64,000 nt of DNA, from NCBI GenBank assembly GCA_963711565.1, contig CAVQEQ010000004.1, positions 608,001 to 672,000 on the forward strand. Reading direction: 5' to 3'. Below, piece by piece: positions 20,633 through 31,281 of the stretch. Position numbers and translations under genes: made by a program. A model generated the notes under the pieces. That model saw only the letters and a list, made by a program, of their open reading frames with translations, did not search any database and had not been told where the DNA came from. Each line of letters opens with the position of its first letter. Positions within the stretch are counted from its first letter, which is position 1. This stretch comes from an uncultured delta proteobacterium (GTDB lineage Bacteria; Desulfobacterota; Binatia; Binatales; Binataceae).

Positions 20633-20998
20633 GCCGTTGTGCGCAGATTTTACCGGCTGTCTTTAGCAAACGCGAGTCCCTTCGTGTCTTGTCATCGCCG
20701 CTATCCCAGTGAACAGCAGGGCGCCATGATGACGAGGTTTGGCGGCAAATGATAGTCCCTCTCCCCGGCCTGCGATCTCGCCTGATGGCGGCGGCACTCT
20801 CGACGTTAACCGGCTGAAAAATCGAGCTTTCCGGAACTTATCCACAACCCTGAATTAAGGTGCCGTGCCGGCGGATACCGGGATCAGGCGATGGTATCCC
20901 GAAGATGAGATCTATCGTAGTGCCCTCCAAATGTGCAGCGCAAGCGGGTTCTCGATAGTCGGGCGCGCCCACGATTGCTATTAGTTACACGGGAGGGA

Positions 20999-21391
20999 AT
21001 GAAGATGAGGATCGCCGTTATCGTCGTTCGCGTCCTGCTGGGCCTGTTATTCTTTGTCTTCGGACTGAACGGCTTCCTGCATTTCATGCCTAATCCGCCG
21101 CCAACTCCGGCCGCGGGCGCATTTTTCGGCGCGCTGATCGCCACCCACTACATGTTCTTTTTGATTTTCGGAACGCAGGTCGTGGGCGGCGCGCTGTTAT
21201 TGATCGGCGTAGCGGTGCCGTTCGCACTCGTGCTCCTCGCGCCGGTCGTCGTGAACATCCTCTTCTTCCACATCTTCCTGTCGCCGGATCTTTTGCCGAT
21301 GGCGCTCCTAGTGGCCGCTCTCGAGCTATTCCTCGCGTGGTACTATCGCGCCGCGTTCGCACCGCTGTTCGGTGGTGCTGTGCGCACTTGA
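20999..21391 (+). CDS. DoxX-like membrane protein
   Basis: RVLLGLLFFVFGLNGFLHF, APVVVNILFFH; GGAGG RBS. Confidence 0.8.
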   Translation: MKMRIAVIVVRVLLGLLFFVFGLNGFLHFMPNPPPTPAAGAFFGALIATHYMFFLIFGTQVVGGALLLIGVAVPFALVLLAPVVVNILFFHIFLSPDLLPMALLVAALELFLAWYYRAAFAPLFGGAVRT

Positions 21392-21459
21392 TTGGCCGGC
21401 GGCGCGCCCGTCTATTTCCAACGCTTTGAATTACCTGTAAGCATTGGAACCACTCAGGC

Positions 21460-21535
21460 GAGCCGGTAGCTCAGGTGGTAGAGCATGTGACTTTTAATCA
21501 CAGGGTCCCGGGTTCAAGTCCCGGCCGGCTCACCA
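21460..21535 (+). tRNA. tRNA-Lys (anticodon TTT)
   Basis: GAGCCGG acceptor stem, TAGCTCAG-TGGTAGAGC D arm, TGTGA-CTTTTAA-TCACA anticodon arm, GGTTCAAGTCC T arm, encoded CCA; 76 nt. Confidence 0.97.
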
Positions 21536-21556
21536 GTAAATCTTGGAGTTTGGTCC

Positions 21557-23389
<1,833 letters not shown>

Positions 23390-23509
23390 AGGGTTCGTCC
23401 CAGACACGGCCCTCGGGCATTTGAGCAGTTCGACTAGTCGCTAAGAAGGCGGGGGGCCAATTTTGTGGTGCCATCCGAAAGTTCCGTGATTGTAATACAA
23501 TGAACAATT

Positions 23510-24499
23510 ATGTCAGTACGGGCGTCGATTCTTAGTGTGGCGATTTGCGCCGCATTGGCGATTCCATCGGGACGCGTTGCGTTCGCGCAGAGCTTCGGTG
23601 GTTCACCCCCGTGGGGGCCTGAAAAGCCCATACTGATCAGGGGCGAACTGCGCCAAGGCCAGACATTCGAGTACCCAATTGGGAACGGGTTATCGCTGAC
23701 GCTGACGCCGAATGACCAATGGGAGCTTGGTGTCGCTCCTTCAGGCGGTGGCGATGACTATTCAGGGTGTGTGAACGAGCCTGTTTACGGGCCAAAGGCG
23801 AGCGAGATCATGGCATGGCACTTCCAACCCAAAAACGCCCAAATCACACCTGGAGGTGTCGGACAGAAACGCTGGTTCGACTTCGTGCTTAGTTCCGAGG
23901 ATAACACAACGGAGTGTAATAACCTCGATATCGGATTGCACGGGAGGACAGAGAGGGAAAAGGAGAGTGCCTTGTCTGAGTGGGGAACTCACGTTAGTGG
24001 CAGATGCTGGTTCCGACCCGTCAGCGTCAAATTGAGTGATGGGCCGCTGAATCAGCAGGTCATCGAGTCAATGAAGTTTGAAGCGGAATGTGCTCTGCAC
24101 GGTGCATTGGAACTGTGGCGGCTGCCTGCCACCTATGTGATCGCCGACGGGTTCACCGGCTGGGTGACCGTCTACTACCGGCAAAAAGGCCAGCCTGAAT
24201 TGCCTCGAAGGAGCGATAGATACCTCGTCGAGATTGGCAAGCTAGCTGCCGTGTACACTTCATCGGATTTGCGGGAAGATTCTCGCGGGGCTAAATACGC
24301 GTCGAAAGATGGCAAGGGTTATGCGACGCACGGGCACGACCAAATGATCTGGGGATGGGAGGTCGGCGATGCGGAGTCGTGTTCCCCATACCAGAGTTTT
24401 TTCGTCGGGACGGGTGAGCAGTACCGCAAGAGTGGTCCAAACCCAGTCCTAGAGAACCCTGAGTGGGACTGCTCTAAAGTGATGCGGGTTGAACGGTAG
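23510..24499 (+). CDS. Hypothetical secreted protein
   Basis: Signal peptide ending AFA, several Cys, lower GC; no family recognised with confidence. Confidence 0.6.
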   Translation: MSVRASILSVAICAALAIPSGRVAFAQSFGGSPPWGPEKPILIRGELRQGQTFEYPIGNGLSLTLTPNDQWELGVAPSGGGDDYSGCVNEPVYGPKASEIMAWHFQPKNAQITPGGVGQKRWFDFVLSSEDNTTECNNLDIGLHGRTEREKESALSEWGTHVSGRCWFRPVSVKLSDGPLNQQVIESMKFEAECALHGALELWRLPATYVIADGFTGWVTVYYRQKGQPELPRRSDRYLVEIGKLAAVYTSSDLREDSRGAKYASKDGKGYATHGHDQMIWGWEVGDAESCSPYQSFFVGTGEQYRKSGPNPVLENPEWDCSKVMRVER

Positions 24500-24681
24500 C
24501 TCTCTGAGTCTCATCTTTGTTCGCGATCCCGTTGCCTTCTGAAAGGCGGCGATATCGGTTTATTTGTTCTTCGACGGCTCATCCTTGATTGTGCAGATCA
24601 AGCAACTTCAGAACGCACGTGGCGTTTTCAAAGGGTATAAACAGGACGCTGGTCAACTAGTGGAGGGCGGAGCAACCGACG

Positions 24682-25038
24682 ATGGTTAAGAGCGATTTCA
24701 TGAACTGGCTGGATCGCGAGACCGCGCGGCGCGGAATCGACGAGAAGGAAATCGCCGCACTCGTCGACCAGATGATGGTCGAGGATCAGCTTACCGCATT
24801 GCGTCTCAAGCGCGGCATCTCTCAAGCTACCTTGGCCCGCTGGATGGGCGTCAAGCAACCGCTGGTCGCTCGTATCGAATCCGGTGGCGTGAAAAATCTG
24901 ACGCTGGCTACCATAGCGCGCACCGCTGCCGCTCTAGGCGGGCGGATTCAACTCACGATTCGCCCGATGAGACGAGCGCGTCGCACGGTACGACCCGCGC
25001 CGGCTCGCAAAATTCGCCGCAGTCAGACATCGATCTAG
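24682..25038 (+). CDS. XRE-family helix-turn-helix protein (HigA-like)
   Basis: LRLKRGISQATLARWMGVKQPLVARIESG. Confidence 0.8.
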   Translation: MVKSDFMNWLDRETARRGIDEKEIAALVDQMMVEDQLTALRLKRGISQATLARWMGVKQPLVARIESGGVKNLTLATIARTAAALGGRIQLTIRPMRRARRTVRPAPARKIRRSQTSI

Positions 25039-25071
25039 TATCCCGTCCCATAAATGACTTGAAGAACAAAG

Positions 25072-25198
25072 CCCTAACCCCTGACCCCTTCCCCAGAAAG
25101 AATGGGGAAGGGGAACAGGAAACATCCTCTGGGGAATGCCGGCGTGCTTGCCGTTATCCTATCCCCCTAGCCCCCTTTCCAGGCGGGAAAGGGGGAAC
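25072..25198. repeat. Two REP-like palindromes
   Basis: CCCTAACCCCTGACCCCTTCCCCA..TGGGGAAGGGGAAC and CCTATCCCCCTAGCCCCCTTTCC..GGAAAGGGGGAAC; same architecture as 49011-49049. Confidence 0.7.
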
Positions 25199-25271
25199 CG
25201 GATCAGAGAGTGCCGCCTCTGATCTTGCGAGAACGAACCAGAACTTTTTGAAGATATTTGCGGATACTACA

Positions 25272-26570
25272 CTAGCTGCCTCGATCACCACACTCGTCAG
25301 GACCGGAGCTTTGCGGAGCGCTCCGCAGGAGGCGCGGGCCGTATTGTAGCGCCATCCGGAACGGCCGGATGACCCAGTAGAGCGGGAACAGCAATTTGGG
25401 CAGCCGGATGAGTTCATAGTCGCCCATCGTCGGCGCCAGCATCCGGCGGACGACGTAGTTCATTCGCGCGCGCGTGCCTTCGATCGAGCGGAGCGGAACC
25501 ATCCACGGATCGAAGCGCGACTGTCCGGCCCCGGTTCCGCTGAACAGCCGGCTCGCGACGCGCCTTGATAACGATTCCACGGCGCGGTCTCGGCGAGCTA
25601 TCGCGACGACATCGTCCGGAATGGGCCCGCCGACCAGATCGTGCGCCAGGAGGATGCCGGTCAGGAACATCCTGCGGCTGCCGAGCGCGGTCGCCTCGTC
25701 GAGCGTCGCCATCAGATCGATTGCCGGCCGCGCGCGAATAGTTTCCGCCACGTCGCAAATCGATCCGAGCTTGACCCATCCATGCTTTGCGGCGTGGACG
25801 CAGATGTACAGCAGCGAGTCTTCCGGCGCGATAGCGGTAACGGCGCCGAACTCGAGTTCAACCGGTTGCGCGCGCCGCCAGAAGGATTCCTCGGCCGGGG
25901 CAAAGCGGAACGAGCGCGGCGTGATCTTCCAATGAACGTCCACGGCGCCCATCCCGCGAGCCGCAAAGAAGGCGTCCTCACACTCCTGGAAGTAGCCGGT
26001 CGCCAGTCCCTCGCGCCGGGTGTGTGGCGACAGATACCCCTCGACGGTGAGTATTTCGGCGACCCCCGGCAGATCCGGCTCGTGCACCAGGATATCCAGA
26101 TCGACGAACTGGCGCAGGTCGGTCGATCCGTACGCCATCGCGGCCAGCACTGGACCCTTGAAGGTGACCGCCTCGATTCCCGCCTGCTTCATCAGACCCA
26201 TCAGGCGCACGAGCTCGGCGATCAGATGGCCGTTGTAAAGCGCGACCAACTGCCACTGCGTTCGCATCTTTGCCATCGCCTCCGCCGGCGCTACGGCGGG
26301 GCATTCGAGACTCAGGTATCGGTGCACCAGCGGGAGAACCGCATGGCGTTTGGCGATATCGATGACGCCGTCCCAACTGCGCACGCGCGCCGCGAGAGCG
26401 GACGCCCGAGTCGTGCGCGCTGTTGTCGCTACAGTCGTCGCGCAGCACAACACCAGAGCCGCTTCGGGAGGCAAGTCGGAATGTTCGAGGAGAGCGTCGG
26501 ATCCCACTGAATTGTCACAGTAGTCCGAGGCGAAAGCGGGGCCAAGAGCGTTCGGCGCTCGTATCGACAC
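25272..26570 (-). CDS. Nucleotidyltransferase family protein (NTP_transf_5 type, lasso-cluster associated)
   Basis: FKGPVLA..YG...R.FVDLDILV, VDVHW, HAAKHGW, CDVAE. Confidence 0.85.
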   Translation of the reverse strand: MSIRAPNALGPAFASDYCDNSVGSDALLEHSDLPPEAALVLCCATTVATTARTTRASALAARVRSWDGVIDIAKRHAVLPLVHRYLSLECPAVAPAEAMAKMRTQWQLVALYNGHLIAELVRLMGLMKQAGIEAVTFKGPVLAAMAYGSTDLRQFVDLDILVHEPDLPGVAEILTVEGYLSPHTRREGLATGYFQECEDAFFAARGMGAVDVHWKITPRSFRFAPAEESFWRRAQPVELEFGAVTAIAPEDSLLYICVHAAKHGWVKLGSICDVAETIRARPAIDLMATLDEATALGSRRMFLTGILLAHDLVGGPIPDDVVAIARRDRAVESLSRRVASRLFSGTGAGQSRFDPWMVPLRSIEGTRARMNYVVRRMLAPTMGDYELIRLPKLLFPLYWVIRPFRMALQYGPRLLRSAPQSSGPDECGDRGS

Positions 26571-26855
26571 TCGCCGGCGAGTCTGCAGCCGCGAGTCGAG
26601 CGGATAACAAACTGTAGGATTTTGCGTCTCTCGGCTCGTCTAACCATGAAATTCGAGTAAGAAAGTGCTCTATGGGGGTTATAAAACCGCTTGACGTAAA
26701 CAGGGCAAAGTGGAATGATGCCCGCTGCTAATAAACCACAGTCAAATCTGTCAGGGCACCTCTTAGACAAAGCGTTAAGATTAAGAGTTACCAAAACGTT
26801 ATTTTATTTGATTGGCAGTGATAAAACGAAAGAAAAGCGAAGGAGCTAACAAGAG

Positions 26856-27809
26856 ATGAAGGCAATTAAACGAGGTCTGTTAACTAGGATAGCGGTTCCT
26901 GGCGTATCGCTGCTTGCTTTGGTCGGGCTTGTTTTGAGTGGGCCGCAGGCGGCTTGGGCCAAGCACCATTCAAAAGACTCAGAAGATGGGCCTGATCCCA
27001 CGGCTGTCACGGCATGTGGGACGCTCTCCGGGGGCGATACGATCTACTATCTTACGGCTGACCTCACCGAGACCGGAACGGGCACTTGCATTACTCTGTC
27101 GGGCACCGGCAGCGCGTTGCTCCTCAATGGTCACACCATCTCGGGTCCGGGCGGCAGTTCGACCGGCGATGGCATCCATATCACGGGCACCTCGGATGTG
27201 ATCGAAGGGTTTAATGGTACCGTGCAGGGGTTTGAGATTGGGATCATCGATACCGGCGGCGGCAGTGTTGGCGACGACTTCAACGTCACAGATAATGTAA
27301 CCGGGCTGGAATTGAATTCGACCGCGACAACCAGGTTTGTAAACTTCAGTTCCTTTGATAACACTGGAAATGGGGTTCTTATCGATGATTGCGGCGAACA
27401 CTGCTCGGTTCTGGACTTTTCAAGTACCGACAATGGCGCCAACGGGGTGCTGATAGAAGGCAGCACCTTCCCCTTGGCCGATGTATTCGTCACTACGGGT
27501 AACACCGGTGCCGGAGTCTTCGTGGGCGGTACGGGGACTGGCCCCAGAAATACTCACGCCGTTATAGCTGACGCGTTTACCTCGGCGCCGGTCGGAGTCT
27601 CGGACAACACCTCGTATGGGATTGTGATAGGAACTAGTGACGCCACCTCCAACGACTTCGTGACGACCGTTGAGGCCGACGACAACCTCATAGATCTCTA
27701 CGACGAGAACTCCACCTGTGGCGATGATCTCTGGTTCAACAACAGCTTTACCTCTTCCAAGGCCGGCACGGTGACAAGTCCTGCCTGCATCGGCGGAATC
27801 GGAAGCTGA
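26856..27809 (+). CDS. Secreted right-handed beta-helix repeat protein
   Basis: Signal peptide; TACGTL..YYLTADL..CI..LNGHTI..GI and repeated DN.GNGVLI units; AGGAG RBS. Confidence 0.75.
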   Translation: MKAIKRGLLTRIAVPGVSLLALVGLVLSGPQAAWAKHHSKDSEDGPDPTAVTACGTLSGGDTIYYLTADLTETGTGTCITLSGTGSALLLNGHTISGPGGSSTGDGIHITGTSDVIEGFNGTVQGFEIGIIDTGGGSVGDDFNVTDNVTGLELNSTATTRFVNFSSFDNTGNGVLIDDCGEHCSVLDFSSTDNGANGVLIEGSTFPLADVFVTTGNTGAGVFVGGTGTGPRNTHAVIADAFTSAPVGVSDNTSYGIVIGTSDATSNDFVTTVEADDNLIDLYDENSTCGDDLWFNNSFTSSKAGTVTSPACIGGIGS

Positions 27810-27834
27810 GGCATCTTACTCGCTTTGCCGGAAG

Positions 27835-27863
27835 CCTCCGCGGATCCACGGGATCCGCGGAGG
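27835..27863. terminator. Hairpin between convergent genes
   Basis: CCTCCGCGGATCC-acg-GGATCCGCGGAGG. Confidence 0.6.
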
Positions 27864-27947
27864 ACCGGCCGACGAGATCGCTACCTGTCTGCTGACCGGC
27901 TTTTTGACCGATACCCACGAACAGAATTCTGAATCTTTGTGACTGGA

Positions 27948-28934
27948 CTACCGGGCCGGACGTTCGCTCAAATCGTGCAGGACGGCCTGTCTGACATCGG
28001 CGAGCGCGGAAAAATCGTCTGGCACGACCAGCCGCTTGACTCGCACTTGCTCCGCCACGCGAGAGAGGAAATGGAACTGCCGCTGCAGCATTGCGGTGTC
28101 CGTAGTATCGAACCTGTAGGCCGCCTTGACCAGTCCTATCAGCGCTTCCCCCGAAGCGAGTTCTTCGATCAGAACGCCGGCTGAGCGTTTGCCTGCTCGC
28201 CCGCGCTGGAGCAAATAGATGCGCGCGAGCCGGCGTGAAGTCGAGCAGAAGTCGGCGCGCCGGGAATAATCCCTTAGGCGAGATTTCGTCGTGTAGTGCG
28301 CGACCGGCTTCAGATTCCGTGAACTTGCGCCAAGCGCCCGCACTGAATCGTTCCACAGCCGCAAGCCCGGATAACCGGGCAGCGTCCTGATAGCCGCGCC
28401 GTCGGAAAGCGCGAGGCAATCATCGCAGACCAGCGGATAGCCCGAGAGGACGAAGCTGGCGGCGAGCGTAGATTTACCCGACCCTGCAGGCCCCGTGAAT
28501 GCACAGACGCCCCTGCGTGTTGCGACGGCAGTAGCATGCAGCGCCTCACTCCCGCGCAGGTTTACCACCAGCGGAAGCACCTGATCGATCAGAAGATGGC
28601 GGATTGTCTTCAAGCTGACGCCGGCGCGCGCGTTGCCGCAAATTACTTGGCGCCCGGCGTTGTCAATTACGAAGTCGGCGATATCAGAGAAGGAGAGTAC
28701 GTAACCGTCGGGAATCTTGCCGCAACGAAGCCACGTCTTGCCACCCGGCGGTCGCGAATGCCGGAACCATCGCGGATGGAGGCGTAAGAGTTCAGCGCGC
28801 TCGCCAAGAGTCGCGCGAACCGCAGACCCGACTGACGATACCCGGGGTGCCGAAAGCTCGAGAAGCGGAATGTCGGTAACGATTCGAAGCCCGTAGGCTT
28901 GCTGCTGGAAGGTGCGGATCCTCGTCTTACTCAA
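27948..28934 (-). CDS. HPr kinase-like lasso-associated kinase
   Basis: LHATAV, Walker A GPAGSGKST, LVCDD, PGLRLW; directly downstream of the precursor gene. Confidence 0.85.
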   Translation of the reverse strand: MSKTRIRTFQQQAYGLRIVTDIPLLELSAPRVSSVGSAVRATLGERAELLRLHPRWFRHSRPPGGKTWLRCGKIPDGYVLSFSDIADFVIDNAGRQVICGNARAGVSLKTIRHLLIDQVLPLVVNLRGSEALHATAVATRRGVCAFTGPAGSGKSTLAASFVLSGYPLVCDDCLALSDGAAIRTLPGYPGLRLWNDSVRALGASSRNLKPVAHYTTKSRLRDYSRRADFCSTSRRLARIYLLQRGRAGKRSAGVLIEELASGEALIGLVKAAYRFDTTDTAMLQRQFHFLSRVAEQVRVKRLVVPDDFSALADVRQAVLHDLSERPAR

Positions 28935-29115
28935 CTAAATTACGGGCACAGCCTCGCTTGGCGAGGTACCCGTCATGAGGTACCCGTCATAAGGAACGAA
29001 ACCGTCTATCCGTGAAATGCCGAACTCGCCAGCGTTCACACCCAGCGCAAGATTGGTAATCGCGTGGACGTCGGAAGCTTTTTCGTACCTAAAATTTCCA
29101 AAGAGCCGGAAATTG

Positions 29116-29253
29116 CTAGCCGGGCTTCTTTAATGCGGCGCCATCAGTCGGAGTATGGGAACCGCCCGACTCGGTCAGCTTGGCGACGCTGCCATACTCT
29201 ATTAGGCGAGGACGAACATAGAGTCGCTTTGCTGGCTCTTGTTTCTTTTCCAT
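29116..29253 (-). CDS. Lasso peptide precursor (leader MEKKQEPAKRLYVRPRLIEYGSVAKLTE, core SGGSHTPTDGAALKKPG)
   Basis: YxxPxL and GxxxxxT leader motifs, Thr at -2, core Ser1 with Asp at position 9; alternative start ATG 29277. Confidence 0.9.
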   Translation of the reverse strand: MEKKQEPAKRLYVRPRLIEYGSVAKLTESGGSHTPTDGAALKKPG

Positions 29254-29303
29254 CCGTTCTTCAGTGCTTCTGGTCATCCTCAACCCCCAACGTAGTGTGA
29301 CCA

Positions 29304-29333
29304 AACATAGCAACAGCAGCGATTGGATGTCAA
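29304..29333 (-). promoter_or_regulatory. Sigma70 promoter of the lasso precursor
   Basis: Minus strand TTGACA-N18-TATGTT with an extended TGn; places the transcription start downstream of the ORF-track start 29376. Confidence 0.6.
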
Positions 29334-29542
29334 GAAGACAGGTATCGAGATCATCATTATCGTTTTTCCCGGACAATCCATTTGTCCTAAAAAATCGCGG
29401 CGCGCACCTTTCAAGAAAATTCAGACGAGAATCCGGGGACTTGACATAGACCTAAAGTTCCAGATAGTCGCCCGCTCAGTTACGGTAGAGTTCGCGCCAG
29501 CTTCCGGCGTGAGCACGGTGAGGTGGGCGAGGGTGACAGGCG

Positions 29543-31264
29543 ATGCATGAACAAAACACCGATTCGCCTGGCGCCGCAGTCCCCGTCGCACCGATGCTCA
29601 TCTGCGTTGCGGCAGGATTGGCGCTCGCACTGACTCCGGCCCTGATTTGGCGAGTGAAAACCGGAGTTTGGGTGTGTCTGGCACAGCCGGAAATCCTCTA
29701 CTATCTGCAGATTGCGGGAGAGGCTTATTACAACCATCTCGGGCATATCAGCGATCCGACGATTGCCGGTGGGGTCTCATTTTACCCCTGGCTGCCTTTT
29801 GTTCCCGTTGTTTTTGTCGTGCACGTTTTCGGACTCAGTCTTTTCTCGGTCGCGCTGATTTGGTCGATTTTCGCCGGCGCGGGGGTTGGTGCGGTTTTGT
29901 ACCTGACATTTTGGCGGTTTTTGCGCCAACGTTGGATGGCGGCCGGGTTGACCATATTCTGCATGTCGGACTTCGGGTTTTGCGGTCGTTTCGTATTTCT
30001 TTTGCAGTTGAGGCAGTTGGCGATTGCGCTGGTCATCCATCCAGTTGGGCGTCTCATAACGATTCCCTTCGCTCAATGGCGCGCTCCGGATCCGTCGCTA
30101 GACCTGCCGTTTCTATTTTTCCAGATTCTCGCCGTATCGAACGCGCGCGAGCGTCCGCGGCGCCTGAACCTGTGGATATCAGGGGCAGCATTCGGGCTGC
30201 TCTTCTATGTCTTTTTCTACCTGTGGACGATGGTGGCGGTGGCCCTGGTCATCGCACTGCTGCTCGATCCCGCCGGCCGCAAAGCTTACGGTTGGACGCT
30301 GTTGATCGGCTCGGCCATCGGCATCCCGGATTTGGTTCTGAGCCTGCACTCGAGAGCGGCGGCGATTAACGAAGGGGTCGCGCGACTGGCGTTGTTTGTT
30401 CCCGCTGCGTCAAAGGCGCGTGACTATGATCTCGCCTTCCCGATCCTGACGGCAGTGTTTTTCGCCTTTGCAGGTTTCTGGATCTGGAAAACTCGCAGAT
30501 TCGAGTTGATCTATCTATTAAGCCTGGTGATCGCTGGATTGGTACTTGGCTACAGCCGCATGGTTACGCATGTTTTTTTTCATGAGTATCACTACATCTG
30601 GCTATGGTGGTCGATTCGACTCGTATTGGGACTGATCGTGGTCGCTGCTATCGCGGAACGCCGGATATCGCCGCGTGCGTGGCATGGGCCGGCGTTCGCG
30701 GCGTTTGCGCTGCTCTACCTGATCGGCGGAATCTACTTGAACGCTATCGACGTAACCCGCACTCGCTGGCGTAATCGACAGATACAGAACTTCGTCAGTT
30801 ACCGCACGCAGCGGATGGCGCCGGGTGTCTCTCCGCTGGTCCCGCGGTCGGTGCTCGCCGGATCGCAAGAGTTTTGCGAGTTGGCGGCGGTCGCCGAGAA
30901 TCAGCGTCAGCTCGCCGGGTGGATTTTGCCCCTGAGCGTGGCGCTCGATAATTCAGGTTGGGAGTCGAGAGCCGCCCTCAACGCCTATCTGAATGGAGTC
31001 AAGCGTGCAGACTTCGCCCGAGCGACTTCAGAAGAGGTGAAGGACGACTACTGGTTCGCCGAACAGCAACAGCCGCAACTGATGGAAGATTTCATGCGGA
31101 AATTTGATGAGGTGACGCGAGATCCCGACAAATTCATCCGCGCCCTCGATGTGCGCTATGTTGCGCTGCCTGCCGATCAGTCGCCGCCGCCCTACGTGGC
31201 GTCGCAATTCCGTATCCTCCAGCCGGGTCCCTACTGGCGCATCTGGCAAATCCAGCAACCGTGA
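29543..31264 (+). CDS. Polytopic membrane protein, GT-C-like
   Basis: About 11-13 hydrophobic segments, an acidic/aromatic loop after TM1 (EILYY..EAYY..DP), and a soluble C-terminal domain ending LDVRYV..WRIWQI. Confidence 0.6.
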   Translation: MHEQNTDSPGAAVPVAPMLICVAAGLALALTPALIWRVKTGVWVCLAQPEILYYLQIAGEAYYNHLGHISDPTIAGGVSFYPWLPFVPVVFVVHVFGLSLFSVALIWSIFAGAGVGAVLYLTFWRFLRQRWMAAGLTIFCMSDFGFCGRFVFLLQLRQLAIALVIHPVGRLITIPFAQWRAPDPSLDLPFLFFQILAVSNARERPRRLNLWISGAAFGLLFYVFFYLWTMVAVALVIALLLDPAGRKAYGWTLLIGSAIGIPDLVLSLHSRAAAINEGVARLALFVPAASKARDYDLAFPILTAVFFAFAGFWIWKTRRFELIYLLSLVIAGLVLGYSRMVTHVFFHEYHYIWLWWSIRLVLGLIVVAAIAERRISPRAWHGPAFAAFALLYLIGGIYLNAIDVTRTRWRNRQIQNFVSYRTQRMAPGVSPLVPRSVLAGSQEFCELAAVAENQRQLAGWILPLSVALDNSGWESRAALNAYLNGVKRADFARATSEEVKDDYWFAEQQQPQLMEDFMRKFDEVTRDPDKFIRALDVRYVALPADQSPPPYVASQFRILQPGPYWRIWQIQQP

Positions 31265-31281
31265 CTATGGACACAGCTCGC

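Noticed and set aside
20838-20846. Perfect DnaA box TTATCCACA
   Set aside because: Single copy with no cluster or dnaA/dnaN context; not evidence for an origin.
21520-21535. attL/attR direct repeat of the tRNA 3' end
   Set aside because: No second copy found by eye in the window and no integrase.
28963-28990. 14-bp tandem repeat GAGGTACCCGTCAT x2, considered as a second lasso precursor or regulatory site
   Set aside because: The tiny minus-strand ORFs here lack YxxP and GxxxxxT leader motifs; most likely a slippage duplication.
29254-29376. ORF-track 86-aa version of the precursor
   Set aside because: That start lies upstream of the predicted promoter at 29304-29333; ATG 29277 or 29253 fits lasso leader lengths.
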